64,000 nucleotides of DNA from contig CAVVXN010000003.1 of assembly GCA_963752285.1 (NCBI GenBank), positions 96,001-160,000 of the forward strand, given 5' to 3'. How positions within the stretch are numbered: the first letter of the stretch is position 1; every line of letters begins with the position of its first letter. Shown piece after piece: positions 26,170-38,376 of the stretch. The translations under genes were made by a program, and so were the position numbers. This stretch comes from an uncultured Planctomycetota bacterium (lineage in GTDB: Bacteria; Planctomycetota; PLA2; JAEUHO01). The notes beneath the pieces were generated by a model. The model was not told where the DNA came from. It was given only the letters and a program-made list of their open reading frames with translations, and did no database searches.

Positions 26170-28962
26170 ATGGCCGAGCCCCTCACCCGCTCCGACCGGC
26201 CGCGCCTCTTCCTGATCGACGGCATGGCCCTCGCGTACCGCGCCCACTTCGCGCTGATGCGGACCCCGCTCGTCACGAGCCGCGGACAGCCGACGAGCGC
26301 GGTGTTCGGCTTCCTCGCCGCGCTCGACCGGATCCGGGAGCAGGAGCGGCCGGAGGAGCTCGTCGTCGTCTTCGACGCGAAGGAGCCGACCTTCCGGCAC
26401 CGCGCGTACCCGGCCTACAAGGCCACGCGCGAGAAGATGCCCGACGAGATGCTCCCGCAGCTCGCGTGGATCCAGCGGGCCGTCGAGGGCGAGGGCTTGC
26501 CCTTCGTCCGGGTGCCGGGCTGGGAGGCGGACGACCTGATCGGCGCCCTCGCCCGGCAGGGCGAGGCGGCGGGCCGCGAGGTGTGGATCGTGTCGGGCGA
26601 CAAGGACATGTGCCAGCTCGTGACCGATCACGTCCGCCTCTACAACGTGATGAAGCCCGGGCAGGCCGCCGTCGAGCTCGTGGGGCCGGCGGAGGTGGAG
26701 ACGCGATTCGGCGTTCCGCCCGGGAAGGTCGTGGACGTCCTCGCCCTGATGGGCGACACGTCGGACAACGTCCCCGGGGTCCCGGGCGTCGGTCCCAAGC
26801 GCGCGACCGAGCTGGTCGTCCGCTTCGGGTCGCTCGACGAGGTGCTCCTCCACGCCGGCGAGGTCACGCAGAAGAAGCTCCGCGAGAACCTGCTCGAGAA
26901 CGTCGAGAAGGCGCGGCTCAGTCGGGACCTCGTCACGATCGACGTGGCGGCTCCGGTCCGGCTCGAGGACCTGCGCCACGGCGAGCGAGCCCCCGAGCGC
27001 CTGAAGGACCTCTACCTCGAGCTCGAGCTCCAGGCGCGGCTCGAGTCGCTCGAGACCGTCTCGGCGCCCGTCACGGACGTCCGCTACCACCGCGTGGACA
27101 CGCCCGAGAAGCTCGATCGCCTGGTCGAAGACCTCGCCGCGACGAAGGGGAAGGGCGGCTTCACCTTCGACACCGAGACCACCTCGGTGGACCCGATGCG
27201 GGCGGACCTCGTCGGGCTCTCCTTCTCGTGGAAGGAGGGCGAGGCGTTCTACGTCCCGGTCAACCTCGACCCGCCGATGTTCGGCTCGACGGCCGGGCGT
27301 CGCGGGGGGGCGGACGGGCGCCTCTTCGACCGTGGCACCGGCGCCGACACCACGGCCGTCCTCGACCGCCTGCGCGGTGTGCTCGAGGACGCGGCGCTCC
27401 CGAAGTCGGGTCAGAACGTGAAGTACGACCTCCACGTGCTCTGGCGCCACGGGGTCCCGGTCCGCGGCGTGGCCTTCGACACGATGGTCGCGGACTGGTG
27501 CGTGGACCCCGGCGGGCGCACCCACAACATCGACGAGATGGCGCTGCGCCGCCTGGGCCTCCGGAAGATCCCCACCACGGAGCTCATCGGGAAGGGAAAG
27601 TCGCAGATCACGATGGCCGAGGTGCCCGTCGAGGACGTCGCGCACTATGCGTGCGAGGACGCCGACGTCGCCCTCCGTCTCGAGCACCAGATCGCGCCCG
27701 AGCTCGTCGCGCGCGGTCTCGACGGGCTCTTCCGTGACGTCGAGGTGCCGCTGATCCCCGTGCTGACGCGGATGGAGCACCGGGGCGTTCGTCTGGACGT
27801 GGCGCTGCTCGCGCGCATCTCGGCCGACCTCGGCACGCGCGCCGACGCGGCCGAGGCCCGCATCCACGAGCTCGCGGGGGAGCAGTTCAACGTGCGCTCG
27901 AACGCGCATCTCGGTCGCATCCTCTTCGAGCGCCTGAAGCTCCACGAGGCGTTGGGACGGCGCCAGCCGAAGCGCACGGCGAAGGGCACCGGTTTCGCGA
28001 CGGACGAGCAGACCCTGCTCGAGCTCTCGCGGCACCACGCGCTCCCGGCGGCCGTGGTCGAGTACCGGACGCTCACGAAGCTCAAGAGCACGTACGTGGA
28101 CGTTCTCCCTCTCGCGGTGAACCCCGAGACCGGGCGCGTCCACACGACCTTCCACCAGACGGGAACGGCCACCGGGCGTCTCTCGTCGAGCGACCCGAAC
28201 CTCCAGAACGTCCCCGTGCGCAGCGAGGAGGGCCGCGCGATCCGCCGCGCCTTCGTCCCGGAGGACGGCTGGTGGATGCTCTCGGCGGACTACAGCCAGA
28301 TCGAGCTGCGCCTGCTCGCCCACCTGTCGGGCGACGCCGGCCTGATCGAGGCGTTCCGCTCCGGCCTCGACATCCACCGCGCGACCGCGGCGCGCGTCTT
28401 CAAGGTCGCGCCCGAGGAGGTGACGCCCGTCCTGAGGAGCCGCGCGAAGGCCGTGAACTTCGGCGTCATCTACGGCATGGGCCCGCAACGCCTCGCGCGG
28501 GACACCGAGGTGACGCTCGACGAGGCGCGCCGGTTCATCGACCAGTACTTCGACACGTACCCCGGTGTCCGCGCCTTCCTCGACCGGACCGTCCGCGAGG
28601 CCCGCGAGCAGGGGTACGTGACGACGCTGCTCGGTCGCAAGCGCTGGCTCCCCGAGCTCACGAGCAAGGACCCGCGCGTGCGGGCGCAGGCCGAGAACGT
28701 CGCCGTGAACACGCCGATGCAGGGGACCGCGGCCGACCTGATCAAGCTCGCCATGATCCGCATCGACCGCCGCCTGAGCGAGGAGGGGCGGCGCTCCGCG
28801 ATGCTCGTGCAGATCCACGACGAGCTGCTCTTCGAGGTCCCGGAGGACGAGAAGGAGGAGCTCGGCCGGCTCGTCGAGACGGAGATGACGCGGGCGATGG
28901 ACCTGGACGTGCCGATCGTCGTGGACGCGGGCTGGGGGCGGAGCTGGGAGGAGGCGCACTGA
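26170..28962 (+). CDS. polA: DNA polymerase I (5'-3' exo, 3'-5' exo, polymerase)
   Basis: LIDGMALAYRAHF, EADD, GDTSDNVPGV, FDTET, TGRLSSSDPNLQN, DYSQIELR, KAVNFGVIYG, QIHDEL. Confidence 0.98.
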   Translation: MAEPLTRSDRPRLFLIDGMALAYRAHFALMRTPLVTSRGQPTSAVFGFLAALDRIREQERPEELVVVFDAKEPTFRHRAYPAYKATREKMPDEMLPQLAWIQRAVEGEGLPFVRVPGWEADDLIGALARQGEAAGREVWIVSGDKDMCQLVTDHVRLYNVMKPGQAAVELVGPAEVETRFGVPPGKVVDVLALMGDTSDNVPGVPGVGPKRATELVVRFGSLDEVLLHAGEVTQKKLRENLLENVEKARLSRDLVTIDVAAPVRLEDLRHGERAPERLKDLYLELELQARLESLETVSAPVTDVRYHRVDTPEKLDRLVEDLAATKGKGGFTFDTETTSVDPMRADLVGLSFSWKEGEAFYVPVNLDPPMFGSTAGRRGGADGRLFDRGTGADTTAVLDRLRGVLEDAALPKSGQNVKYDLHVLWRHGVPVRGVAFDTMVADWCVDPGGRTHNIDEMALRRLGLRKIPTTELIGKGKSQITMAEVPVEDVAHYACEDADVALRLEHQIAPELVARGLDGLFRDVEVPLIPVLTRMEHRGVRLDVALLARISADLGTRADAAEARIHELAGEQFNVRSNAHLGRILFERLKLHEALGRRQPKRTAKGTGFATDEQTLLELSRHHALPAAVVEYRTLTKLKSTYVDVLPLAVNPETGRVHTTFHQTGTATGRLSSSDPNLQNVPVRSEEGRAIRRAFVPEDGWWMLSADYSQIELRLLAHLSGDAGLIEAFRSGLDIHRATAARVFKVAPEEVTPVLRSRAKAVNFGVIYGMGPQRLARDTEVTLDEARRFIDQYFDTYPGVRAFLDRTVREAREQGYVTTLLGRKRWLPELTSKDPRVRAQAENVAVNTPMQGTAADLIKLAMIRIDRRLSEEGRRSAMLVQIHDELLFEVPEDEKEELGRLVETEMTRAMDLDVPIVVDAGWGRSWEEAH

Positions 28963-29257
28963 GGGCGCCGGTCCCGGTGCCACCCCGCGGCGCGCACGGG
29001 GACGAGCGCGCGCCCGCGCGCCGGGCGCCCTCCTCGTCACGAGTCGAGAGGGTTCGCGCTCTCGTCCTCGGGGGTTCGGGGGCACGCACGGTCCCGTTCC
29101 CTCCCGCCGTTCGTGGCTACGACGGGTGCCTGCCGACGTGCGGACCGCCGCGACGACCCGCGGGGGCCGCCCCGCGACGCCGCTCGACCCGGGACGGGAC
29201 GTTCACGCGAACATCCGCCCCGGTGACGCCGGCGCCGGGTCGCGCTATCCTCGCGGT

Positions 29258-29506
29258 ATGTCCGAGCGCCCGAAGCGACGTACCGAGGTCACCAGCGGTC
29301 TCTTGGGGATCGGTTTCGACGGAGCCGACGGCCACCGACGCGTGACCACGGGCGACAACTTCCTTCTCCTCGGCGGCAGCGAGGAGACGCACGAGCGCAT
29401 GCAGGACGTCGTCATTCGGATCAACCAGAAGCTGAAGCGGAAGGGGAAGACGCTTCGTGAGCTTTCGGAGTCCGAATTCGAGGACATCGCCAAAGACAGC
29501 CTCTAA
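29258..29506 (+). CDS. Small hypothetical protein (recalled as a conserved PVC-type family)
   Basis: LLGIGFDGADGHRRVTTGDNFLLLGGSEETHERMQD. TATCCT hexamer 6 nt before the ATG. Confidence 0.8.
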   Translation: MSERPKRRTEVTSGLLGIGFDGADGHRRVTTGDNFLLLGGSEETHERMQDVVIRINQKLKRKGKTLRELSESEFEDIAKDSL

Positions 29507-29509
29507 CCC

Positions 29510-29617
29510 CCAGCGGCGCGCTGAGGGCCCCGTTCGCGGCCCTTCCTCCTCCTTGCGTGCATTCGCACGCGGCGTCGTCGTCATGGCCACTCCTTGGGGC
29601 CCTCAGCGCGCCGCTGG
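29510..29617. repeat. Structured dispersed repeat ('leader'), copy 2 of 4
   Basis: Same 64-nt core. Perfect 22-bp stem CCAGCGGCGCGCTGAGGGCCCC / GGGGCCCTCAGCGCGCCGCTGG with compensatory changes relative to copy 1. Confidence 0.92.
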
Positions 29618-29633
29618 CGTGGCGGCGGGTGCT

Positions 29634-30098
29634 GGCGGGCTCGCGGGGCCGCCTTTGGCGGCGCCGCATCGCGGAGCGGCGGGTGGCGGGCGGGCTCGCG
29701 GGGCCGCCTTTGGCGGCGCCGCATCGCGGAGCGGCGGGTGGCGGGCGGGCTCGCGGGGCCGCCTTCGGCGGCGCCGCATCGCGGAGCGGCGGGTGGCGTG
29801 GCGGGCTCGCGGGGCCGCCTTTGGCGGCGCCGCATCGCGCGGCGTGGGGGCGGGCTCGCGGGGCCGCCTTCGGCGGCGCCGCATCGCGGGGGCGGGGCTG
29901 GCGGGCTCGCGGGGCCGCCTTTGGCGGCGCCGCATCGCGGAGCGGCGGGTGGCGGGCGGGCTCGCGGGGCCGCCTTTGGCGGCGCCGCATCGCGGAGCGG
30001 CGGGTGCTGGCGGGCTCGCGGGGCCGCCTTCGGCGGCGCCGCATCGCGCGGCGTGGCGGGCGGGCTCGCGGGGCCGCCTTTGGCGGCGCCGCATCGCG
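29634..30098. repeat. Tandem hairpin array 2: nine 40-nt units with short G-rich variable linkers
   Basis: GGCGGGCTCGCGGGGCCGCCTTYGGCGGCGCCGCATCGCG at 29634, 29689, 29744, 29800, 29849, 29900, 29955, 30009, 30059. Linkers 9-16 nt. Confidence 0.92.
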
Positions 30099-30205
30099 GC
30101 GGTGGTGGCGCCGCGTCGCGGGCGGTGGTGGCGGGTGTGAAAATGCGCGACCCGGGAAACGTGCGGCCTAGGATGCCGCCGGGGACTCTACGCGAGGGCT
30201 GGATC

Positions 30206-31066
30206 ATGGCGGGAGCGGTGTCGAAGCTGGGCGTGGTCGGTTGCGGGCTCATGGGGTCCGGCATCGCCGAGATCGGTGCGAAGGCCGGGCTCGACGTGCT
30301 CGTCCGCGAGGTGGACGACGCGCTCTGCCAGCGGGGCCGGGCGGGCATCGAGAAGTCGCTCGGTCGCGCCGTCGAGAAGGGCAAGCTCGAGGCGGCCGAG
30401 CGCGACCGGATCCTCGGTCGGATCCGGTTCACGACCGAGCTGTCGGCCTTCGCCGACCGCGACCTGGTCATCGAGGCGATCCTGGAGAACATGGGCGCGA
30501 AGAAGGAGCTCTTCGCGACACTCGACGGGATCGCCGGTCCCGACGCCATCTTCGCGAGCAACACGTCGTCGCTCCCGGTCGGCGACATGGCCGCCGCCAC
30601 GCGTCGGCCCGAGCGGTTCGTCGGCCTCCACTTCTTCAACCCGGTCCCGGTGATGCGCCTCGTCGAGGTCGTCCGCACGCTCGAGACGACGGACGAGGTG
30701 TTCGACACGGCGGTCGCCTTTGCCGAGGCGGTCGGCAAGACCGTCGTGCGCACGAAGGACACGCCGGGGTTCGCCGTGAACCTCCTCCTCGTCCCGTACC
30801 TCCTCGACTCGATCCGGGCGCTCGAGAAGGGCGTGGCCTCGGCGCGCGACATCGACACGGGCATGAAGCTCGGCTGCGGCCACCCGATGGGGCCCCTCGA
30901 GCTCCTCGACTTCGTCGGCCTCGACACGACGCTCTACATCGCCGACATCATGTTCCACGAGTTCAAGGACATCCGGTACCAGGCGCCTCCGATGCTCCGG
31001 CGGCTCGTGGCGGCCGGTCGCACGGGACGGAAGAGCGGCCGCGGCTTCTACGACTACAAGAAGTAG
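30206..31066 (+). CDS. hbd: 3-hydroxybutyryl-CoA (3-hydroxyacyl-CoA) dehydrogenase
   Basis: GVVGCGLMGSGIA, ASNTSSL, GLHFFNPVPVM, KDTPGF, HPMGPLELLDFVGLD, GRKSGRGFY. Confidence 0.93.
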   Translation: MAGAVSKLGVVGCGLMGSGIAEIGAKAGLDVLVREVDDALCQRGRAGIEKSLGRAVEKGKLEAAERDRILGRIRFTTELSAFADRDLVIEAILENMGAKKELFATLDGIAGPDAIFASNTSSLPVGDMAAATRRPERFVGLHFFNPVPVMRLVEVVRTLETTDEVFDTAVAFAEAVGKTVVRTKDTPGFAVNLLLVPYLLDSIRALEKGVASARDIDTGMKLGCGHPMGPLELLDFVGLDTTLYIADIMFHEFKDIRYQAPPMLRRLVAAGRTGRKSGRGFYDYKK

Positions 31067-31078
31067 GGGAGCGAAGCG

Positions 31079-31864
31079 ATGTCCTCGTACGTCCGCTACG
31101 AGCGCGCCGAGGGCGCGTCCGTCGTCACGATCACCGTCGATCGGCCCGACAAGCTGAACGCCCTCGACGAAGAGGTGATGAGGCAGATCGACGAGGCCTT
31201 CGCCCGGGCGCGGTCGGACGAGGGCGGCCGGGTCGTCGTCCTCACGGGGGCGGGCGAGAAGGCCTTCGTGGCCGGCGCCGACATCGGCGAGCTCGCGAAG
31301 ATGGACGTGCGGGGGGGCAAGGCCAAGTCCGTGCGGGGCCAGGCGATCCTCGGCCGAATCGAGAGCCTCGGCAAGCCGGTCGTCGCGATGATCAACGGCT
31401 ACGCGTTCGGCGGCGGCCTCGAGCTCGCGCTCGCATGCCACCTGAGGACGATGGCCGCCGAGACGAAGATCGGCCTCCCCGAGGTCGGGCTGGCGATCTT
31501 CCCGGGCTACGGCGGCACCCAGCGCCTCCCGCGGATCGTCGGTCGCGGTCGCGCGCTCGAGCTGATCCTGACGGGCGATCCGGTGGACGCCGAGACGGCG
31601 CTGCGGTACGGGCTCGTGAACCGCGTGGCGCCCGCGGCGGAGCTGGGCGAGGTCACGCAGGGCCTGGCCGCGAAGCTCGCCTCGCGAGGTCCACTGGCGC
31701 AGGGGGCGGCGCTCGAGGCGGTTCTCCGCGGCAGCGAGACCACGCTCGAGGAGGGCCTCAGGATCGAGGCCGACCTGTTCGGGATCATCGCGTCCACCGC
31801 CGACATGCGGGAGGGCCTCACCGCCTTCCTCGAGAAGCGGAAGCCCTCCTACCGCGGGACCTGA
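31079..31864 (+). CDS. crt: Enoyl-CoA hydratase / crotonase
   Basis: [51 protein letters not shown]. Confidence 0.92.
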   Translation: MSSYVRYERAEGASVVTITVDRPDKLNALDEEVMRQIDEAFARARSDEGGRVVVLTGAGEKAFVAGADIGELAKMDVRGGKAKSVRGQAILGRIESLGKPVVAMINGYAFGGGLELALACHLRTMAAETKIGLPEVGLAIFPGYGGTQRLPRIVGRGRALELILTGDPVDAETALRYGLVNRVAPAAELGEVTQGLAAKLASRGPLAQGAALEAVLRGSETTLEEGLRIEADLFGIIASTADMREGLTAFLEKRKPSYRGT

Positions 31865-31920
31865 CCGGCCGGGCGCGGCGCGGGCCGACCCGCCCCCGAG
31901 GGAGGACCTACCTTCCACGC

Positions 31921-33972
<2,052 letters not shown>

Positions 33973-33996
33973 GACCGCGCGGTCGGGGGTCTCGGT

Positions 33997-34485
33997 CTAC
34001 GACTTCGGGGCAATACGCAGCCGGTTGTGGACGTCGCGCACTCCGACCACGTCGTCCGCCACCCGCTCGCAGCCCCGCTTCGTGAAGCGGTCGGGGACGG
34101 CCCCGGCCAGCGAGACCTCGCCGTCCCGGACCTCGACGGTCACCTCGCGCACGTCGAGCTCGCCGTGCTCGGTCAGGCGGTCGCAGACGTCCTCCAGGAT
34201 CCGGGCGTCGCTCCGGGCGTACCCGACCGGCCCCACGCCCGCGAAGGGGCCCTGGGACATGTGCCGGCCCCCCGACACGAAGCCGCCGCTGCCGGCCACG
34301 CGCGGGGAGATCGCGCCCGGGACCCACCCGTACGGGTCGAACGGCCCCACGGCCTCGCTCTCGCGCGGCGGCTGTCCCGGCACGTGCGGCCACCGCCCCT
34401 GGACCGGGTGCCCGGACACGCCGGGCGGCTCCTCGGGCACCTCCGCGTGACGGCGGCGGGCCTTCTGCTTCTTGCGCACGCCCAT
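33997..34485 (-). CDS. BON domain protein
   Basis: GPVGYARSDARILEDVCDRL...VEVRDGEVSLAG.V..RFTKR..E.....V.GVRDVHNRL. GAGGAGG SD. Confidence 0.88.
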   Translation of the reverse strand: MGVRKKQKARRRHAEVPEEPPGVSGHPVQGRWPHVPGQPPRESEAVGPFDPYGWVPGAISPRVAGSGGFVSGGRHMSQGPFAGVGPVGYARSDARILEDVCDRLTEHGELDVREVTVEVRDGEVSLAGAVPDRFTKRGCERVADDVVGVRDVHNRLRIAPKS

Positions 34486-34750
34486 GGCGAACCTCCTCGG
34501 GACCGCGCGGTCCAGGGTCCACGATACGACGCGCCGGCGGCCTCCCTTCCGGGCTGGCCGACCCGGGTGCGCACGCGCCGGGACGTCCGCTCCCCGAGCC
34601 CGGCGCCCGCGAGATCGAGCCGCGGTGGGCCGCGCTCGGGAATCACCTTTGCAGCGGGCGGCGTTACCGCTATCTGGCTGGCGTGCTCTTCCGCCGGCGC
34701 GGGCCGATGCCGCGTCCTCTCCGGCCGGGACCGGCGCGTTGGAGATCGGC

Positions 34751-35827
34751 ATGCGACGACACGAGATCGCGGTGCTCCCGGGCGACGGCATCGGGGAGGA
34801 GGTGGTCGCGCAGGCCCTCCGGGTGATGGACGCCGCGCTGGAGGGCGAGGACGTCCGGGTCGAGAGGACCGTCTACCCGCACGGGGCGGACCACTACCTC
34901 GCGACCGGCGAGGCCATGCCGGCGAGCGTCCTCGAAGAGATGGGGACGAAGGAGGCGATCCTCCTCGGCGCCATCGGCGACCCGCGGGTCGAGACCGGGC
35001 TCCTCGAGCGCGCGATCATCTGGGGCGTTCGGCAGCGCTTCGACCTCTACGTGAACCTGAGGCCGATCAAGCTCTACGCGGAGCACCTCTGCCCCCTGAA
35101 GGGCAAGACGCCGGACGACGTGGACATGGTCGTCATCCGGGAGAACACCGAGGACGCGTACGCGGGCCTCGGGGGGATCCTGCGCGAGGGCACGCCGTAC
35201 GAGGTCGCCACGGCCGTCATGATCTACACCCGCAACGGCGTGGAGCGCGTCATCCGCTACGCCTTCGAGACGGCGGCGGCGCGCAACAAGAACGGCGCGC
35301 CGAAGGTCACGCTGGTGGACAAGGCCAACGCGATCCGCGCCCAGGACATCTGGACCCGCGTGTTCGCCGAGGTCGCGTCGGAGTACCCGAAGGTCGAGAC
35401 CGACCACGCGTACATCGACGCGGCCTGCATGTGGATGGTCAAGAACCCCGAGTGGTTCGACGTGGTGGTCACTCCGAACCTCTTCGGCGACATCCTCACG
35501 GACCTCGGGGCGATGGTCCAGGGCGGCATGGGCATCGCCGCCTCGGGCAACATCCACCCCGGCCGCGTGAGCATGTTCGAGCCGATCCACGGCTCGGCGC
35601 CGAAGTACCGGGGCCAGAATTGCGCGAACCCGATCGCCACCATCGAGGCCGCGCGCATGCTGCTCGACCACCTCGGCGAGACGACCGCCGCCGGCCGCAT
35701 CGGCCGTGCGGTGCGACGCGTTCTCGAGACGGGCAAGATCCGGAGCCTCTCCGCGGGCGTCCACAAGACGGACGAGGTGGGCGACATCGTCCTCGCCGCG
35801 ATCGACGCGGAGGACGCGAAGGTCTGA
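34751..35827 (+). CDS. leuB: 3-isopropylmalate dehydrogenase (isocitrate/IPM dehydrogenase family)
   Basis: LPGDGIGEEV, LGAIGDP, DLYVNLRP, RENTE, DKAN, NLFGDILTDL, FEPIHGSAP. Confidence 0.85.
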   Translation: MRRHEIAVLPGDGIGEEVVAQALRVMDAALEGEDVRVERTVYPHGADHYLATGEAMPASVLEEMGTKEAILLGAIGDPRVETGLLERAIIWGVRQRFDLYVNLRPIKLYAEHLCPLKGKTPDDVDMVVIRENTEDAYAGLGGILREGTPYEVATAVMIYTRNGVERVIRYAFETAAARNKNGAPKVTLVDKANAIRAQDIWTRVFAEVASEYPKVETDHAYIDAACMWMVKNPEWFDVVVTPNLFGDILTDLGAMVQGGMGIAASGNIHPGRVSMFEPIHGSAPKYRGQNCANPIATIEAARMLLDHLGETTAAGRIGRAVRRVLETGKIRSLSAGVHKTDEVGDIVLAAIDAEDAKV

Positions 35828-36037
35828 CGCGCGACCCCGACGCGCGTCGCGCACACGGGAGACGCCGCGCCGCGGGCGATCCGCATCGCCCGAGAGGCGG
35901 TACGGCGGGAGAGCCCGATGCGCGGCCCCGCGCGCGCCCGGCCCGGCGCTCCGCCACGGTGCACGGCGATGCGGACCCCGCGCGCCGGGGACCGCCCCGG
36001 GCTCGTCGCCGCGCGCCCGTCTGGGTAGCCTGGGTCG

Positions 36038-36985
36038 ATGTTCATCCCCCTCGGTGACGCGCCGAACGACTCGGACCGCGCGCCGTGGGTGAACCACGGC
36101 CTGATCGCCGTGAACGTGCTCGTCTACGTCTGGGCGCTCTTCTCGCTCGGCGGGGACGCCGGCTACGCGCGCTGGGTGCGGAACTGGGGCTTCGTGCCCC
36201 TCGCGCCGCGGCTCGAGACCTTCTTCACGCACATGTTCATGCACGGCGGGTTCTGGCACCTCGCCGGCAACATGCTGTTCCTGTGGGTCTTCGGCGACAA
36301 CGTCGAACGCCGCCTCGGGCACGCGGGCTACCTGCTCTTCTACCTCGCGAGCGGCCTCGCCGCCGTCCTGCTGTTCCGGGCGTTCGACCCGTCGAGCACG
36401 GTGCCGCTGGTCGGGGCGTCGGGCGCGATCTTCGGCGTCGAGGGGTTCTACTTCCTCGCCTTCCCGCGGAACCAGGTGCGGGTGCTCGTCTGGATCTTCT
36501 TCGTCTTCACGTTCTGGGTGCCCGCGCGGATCGTCCTCGGGTTCTCGTTCCTGACGAACCTTCTCCTCACGCTCTCGCCCAGCGCGAGCGGGTCGGCCGG
36601 CGGCGGCGTGGCGTACGCCGCGCACGTCGGGGGGTTCGTCGCGGGGCTCGCGATGGCCGCCGCCATCCGCCTCGCGACGCCGCGCGCCGATCGGGTCGCG
36701 GTGCCCGTCCCAAGCGGCCGCGGCGCCGCGTCGATCGAGACCGCGCGCCGGCTCCTGACCGAGGGGCGCATGGGCGAGGCGGAGCCCATCCTCCTCGACG
36801 TGCTCCGGAACCGGGTCCACGAGCCCGAAGCGCCCGAGGCGGCCCTCCTCCTGGGCCTGCTGCTGTCGCGCATCCGCGGTCGCCCGGAGGCCGCGCGCGG
36901 ACCGCTCCGGTTCGCCGCCCGGCTTCACCCCGACCCGCGGGCGCGCGCCGAGGCGCGCGCGGAGCTCGATCGCATCGGGGGGTAA
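36038..36985 (+). CDS. Rhomboid family intramembrane serine protease with TPR-like C-terminus
   Basis: HMFMHGGFWHLAGNMLFLWVFGDNVE, VGASGAI (Ser), AYAAHVGGF (His). Confidence 0.93.
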   Translation: MFIPLGDAPNDSDRAPWVNHGLIAVNVLVYVWALFSLGGDAGYARWVRNWGFVPLAPRLETFFTHMFMHGGFWHLAGNMLFLWVFGDNVERRLGHAGYLLFYLASGLAAVLLFRAFDPSSTVPLVGASGAIFGVEGFYFLAFPRNQVRVLVWIFFVFTFWVPARIVLGFSFLTNLLLTLSPSASGSAGGGVAYAAHVGGFVAGLAMAAAIRLATPRADRVAVPVPSGRGAASIETARRLLTEGRMGEAEPILLDVLRNRVHEPEAPEAALLLGLLLSRIRGRPEAARGPLRFAARLHPDPRARAEARAELDRIGG

Positions 36986-37005
36986 CGGCGGCGCGCCCGC
37001 GCGCG

Positions 37006-38226
37006 TCAGCGCAGCGCGGGGACCGTCGAGCCGTCGAGCGAGCCGAGGAACGCGGCCACGCGGCGCACGCCGCTCCGGATGTTCTCCTCGGAGCACGCGT
37101 AGGAGAAGCGGATCGCGTACGGCGCCTCGAACACGTGGCCCGGAACGACCGCGGCGTGGGCGTGCTCGATCAGCATCTCCGCGAGCGTGGCGACCGAGTC
37201 GACGGGGCGCCCCTCGTGACGGCGTCCGAGGTACGCGGAGACGTCGGGCAGCAAGTAGAAGGCTCCGTCCGGGACGCCGCACTCGAGCCCCTCGATCGCC
37301 GAGAGCTCCTCGACCATCGCGTCGCGACGCCGCGCGAAGGTCCGGCGCATGTCCTCGATCCGGTCGGTCGGTCCCTCCAGCGCGGCCACCGCGGCGAGCT
37401 GGCAGAACTCGGGCGTACCGCTCGTCGCGTGGCTCTGCAGCTGCGTCATCCGCTCGATGAGCTCTTTCGGCCCCGCGCCGTAGCCGATGCGCCATCCGGT
37501 CATCGCGAAGGCCTTGGACACGCCGTTCACGAGCAGCGTCAGCTCGCGGGCCTCGGGGGCGAGGGTCGCGAACGACCGGAACCGGGCGGGCTCGTACACC
37601 AGGTGCTCGTAGATCTCGTCGCTCAGGACCACCACCCCGTGCCTCGCCGCGATGCGGCCGATCTCGGCCTGCACGTCGTCGGGCTGCACGGCCCCGGTGG
37701 GATTGCCCGGAGAGTTGAGCACCAGGGCCTTCGTGCGCGGCGTCATCGCGGCCTCGATGCGCCCCGGGTCGATCGCGTACCCGTCTTCGGGCCGGGTCTC
37801 GACGAAGACCGCGCGGCCGCCGGCCGCGTGCACCATGGAGGGGTACGAGAGCCACGCCGGGACGGGGATCACGACCTCGTCGCCCCGGGAGACCAGCACC
37901 TGGAGCGCCAGGTAGAGCACGCCCTTGGCGCCGGGCCCGACGAGGGTCCGCTCGGCCGTCACGCCGACGAGCCCCGCGGCGTGGGAGCGCGCGGCGACGA
38001 CCTCGCGGAGCGGCGCGATCCCCGGGGCGGGCGTGTACTTGGTCCGCCCCTCGCGCAGCGCGCGGATCGCCGCCTCCTTCACGTGCTCCGGCGTGTCGAA
38101 GTCGGGCTCTCCCGCCGCGAAGGGGGCCACGTCGATGCCCTGCGCCCGCATCGCCTTGGCCCGCGCGGATATGGCCAGCGTCTCGGAGGCGGGCAAGGAC
38201 CCCGCGTACTCGGAGAAGGACAGCAT
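37006..38226 (-). CDS. PLP-dependent aminotransferase class I/II (aspartate aminotransferase-like)
   Basis: AGEPDFDTP, NSPGNPTG, SDEIYE, NGVSKAFAMTGWRIGY, GAFY, IRFSYA. Confidence 0.94.
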   Translation of the reverse strand: MLSFSEYAGSLPASETLAISARAKAMRAQGIDVAPFAAGEPDFDTPEHVKEAAIRALREGRTKYTPAPGIAPLREVVAARSHAAGLVGVTAERTLVGPGAKGVLYLALQVLVSRGDEVVIPVPAWLSYPSMVHAAGGRAVFVETRPEDGYAIDPGRIEAAMTPRTKALVLNSPGNPTGAVQPDDVQAEIGRIAARHGVVVLSDEIYEHLVYEPARFRSFATLAPEARELTLLVNGVSKAFAMTGWRIGYGAGPKELIERMTQLQSHATSGTPEFCQLAAVAALEGPTDRIEDMRRTFARRRDAMVEELSAIEGLECGVPDGAFYLLPDVSAYLGRRHEGRPVDSVATLAEMLIEHAHAAVVPGHVFEAPYAIRFSYACSEENIRSGVRRVAAFLGSLDGSTVPALR

Positions 38227-38376
38227 GGTCCGAGGCTACCAAGGGAGTCGTTGGGACGCCACGCGCGGCGCACGTCGTCCAACGCTCGAACACCCCTCCC
38301 GGGAGGCCCGGCACCTCGCTACCCTGAGCGGCGCGCGGCCCACCTCCGCCCGCGCGCACACGATCCGGAGCCCGCC

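Noticed and set aside
24667..29085. Very long ORFs such as 24667..29085(-), 45123..50210(-), 45152..49738(+), 15615..19007(-), 34670..38359(-)
   Set aside because: Shadow frames of recognisable genes in very high-GC DNA; Arg/Gly/Pro-rich with no motifs.
29634..30098. CRISPR array
   Set aside because: Linkers are only 9-16 nt, related to each other and repeated; there are no cas genes; the same unit occurs in a spacer-less tandem array at 19078.
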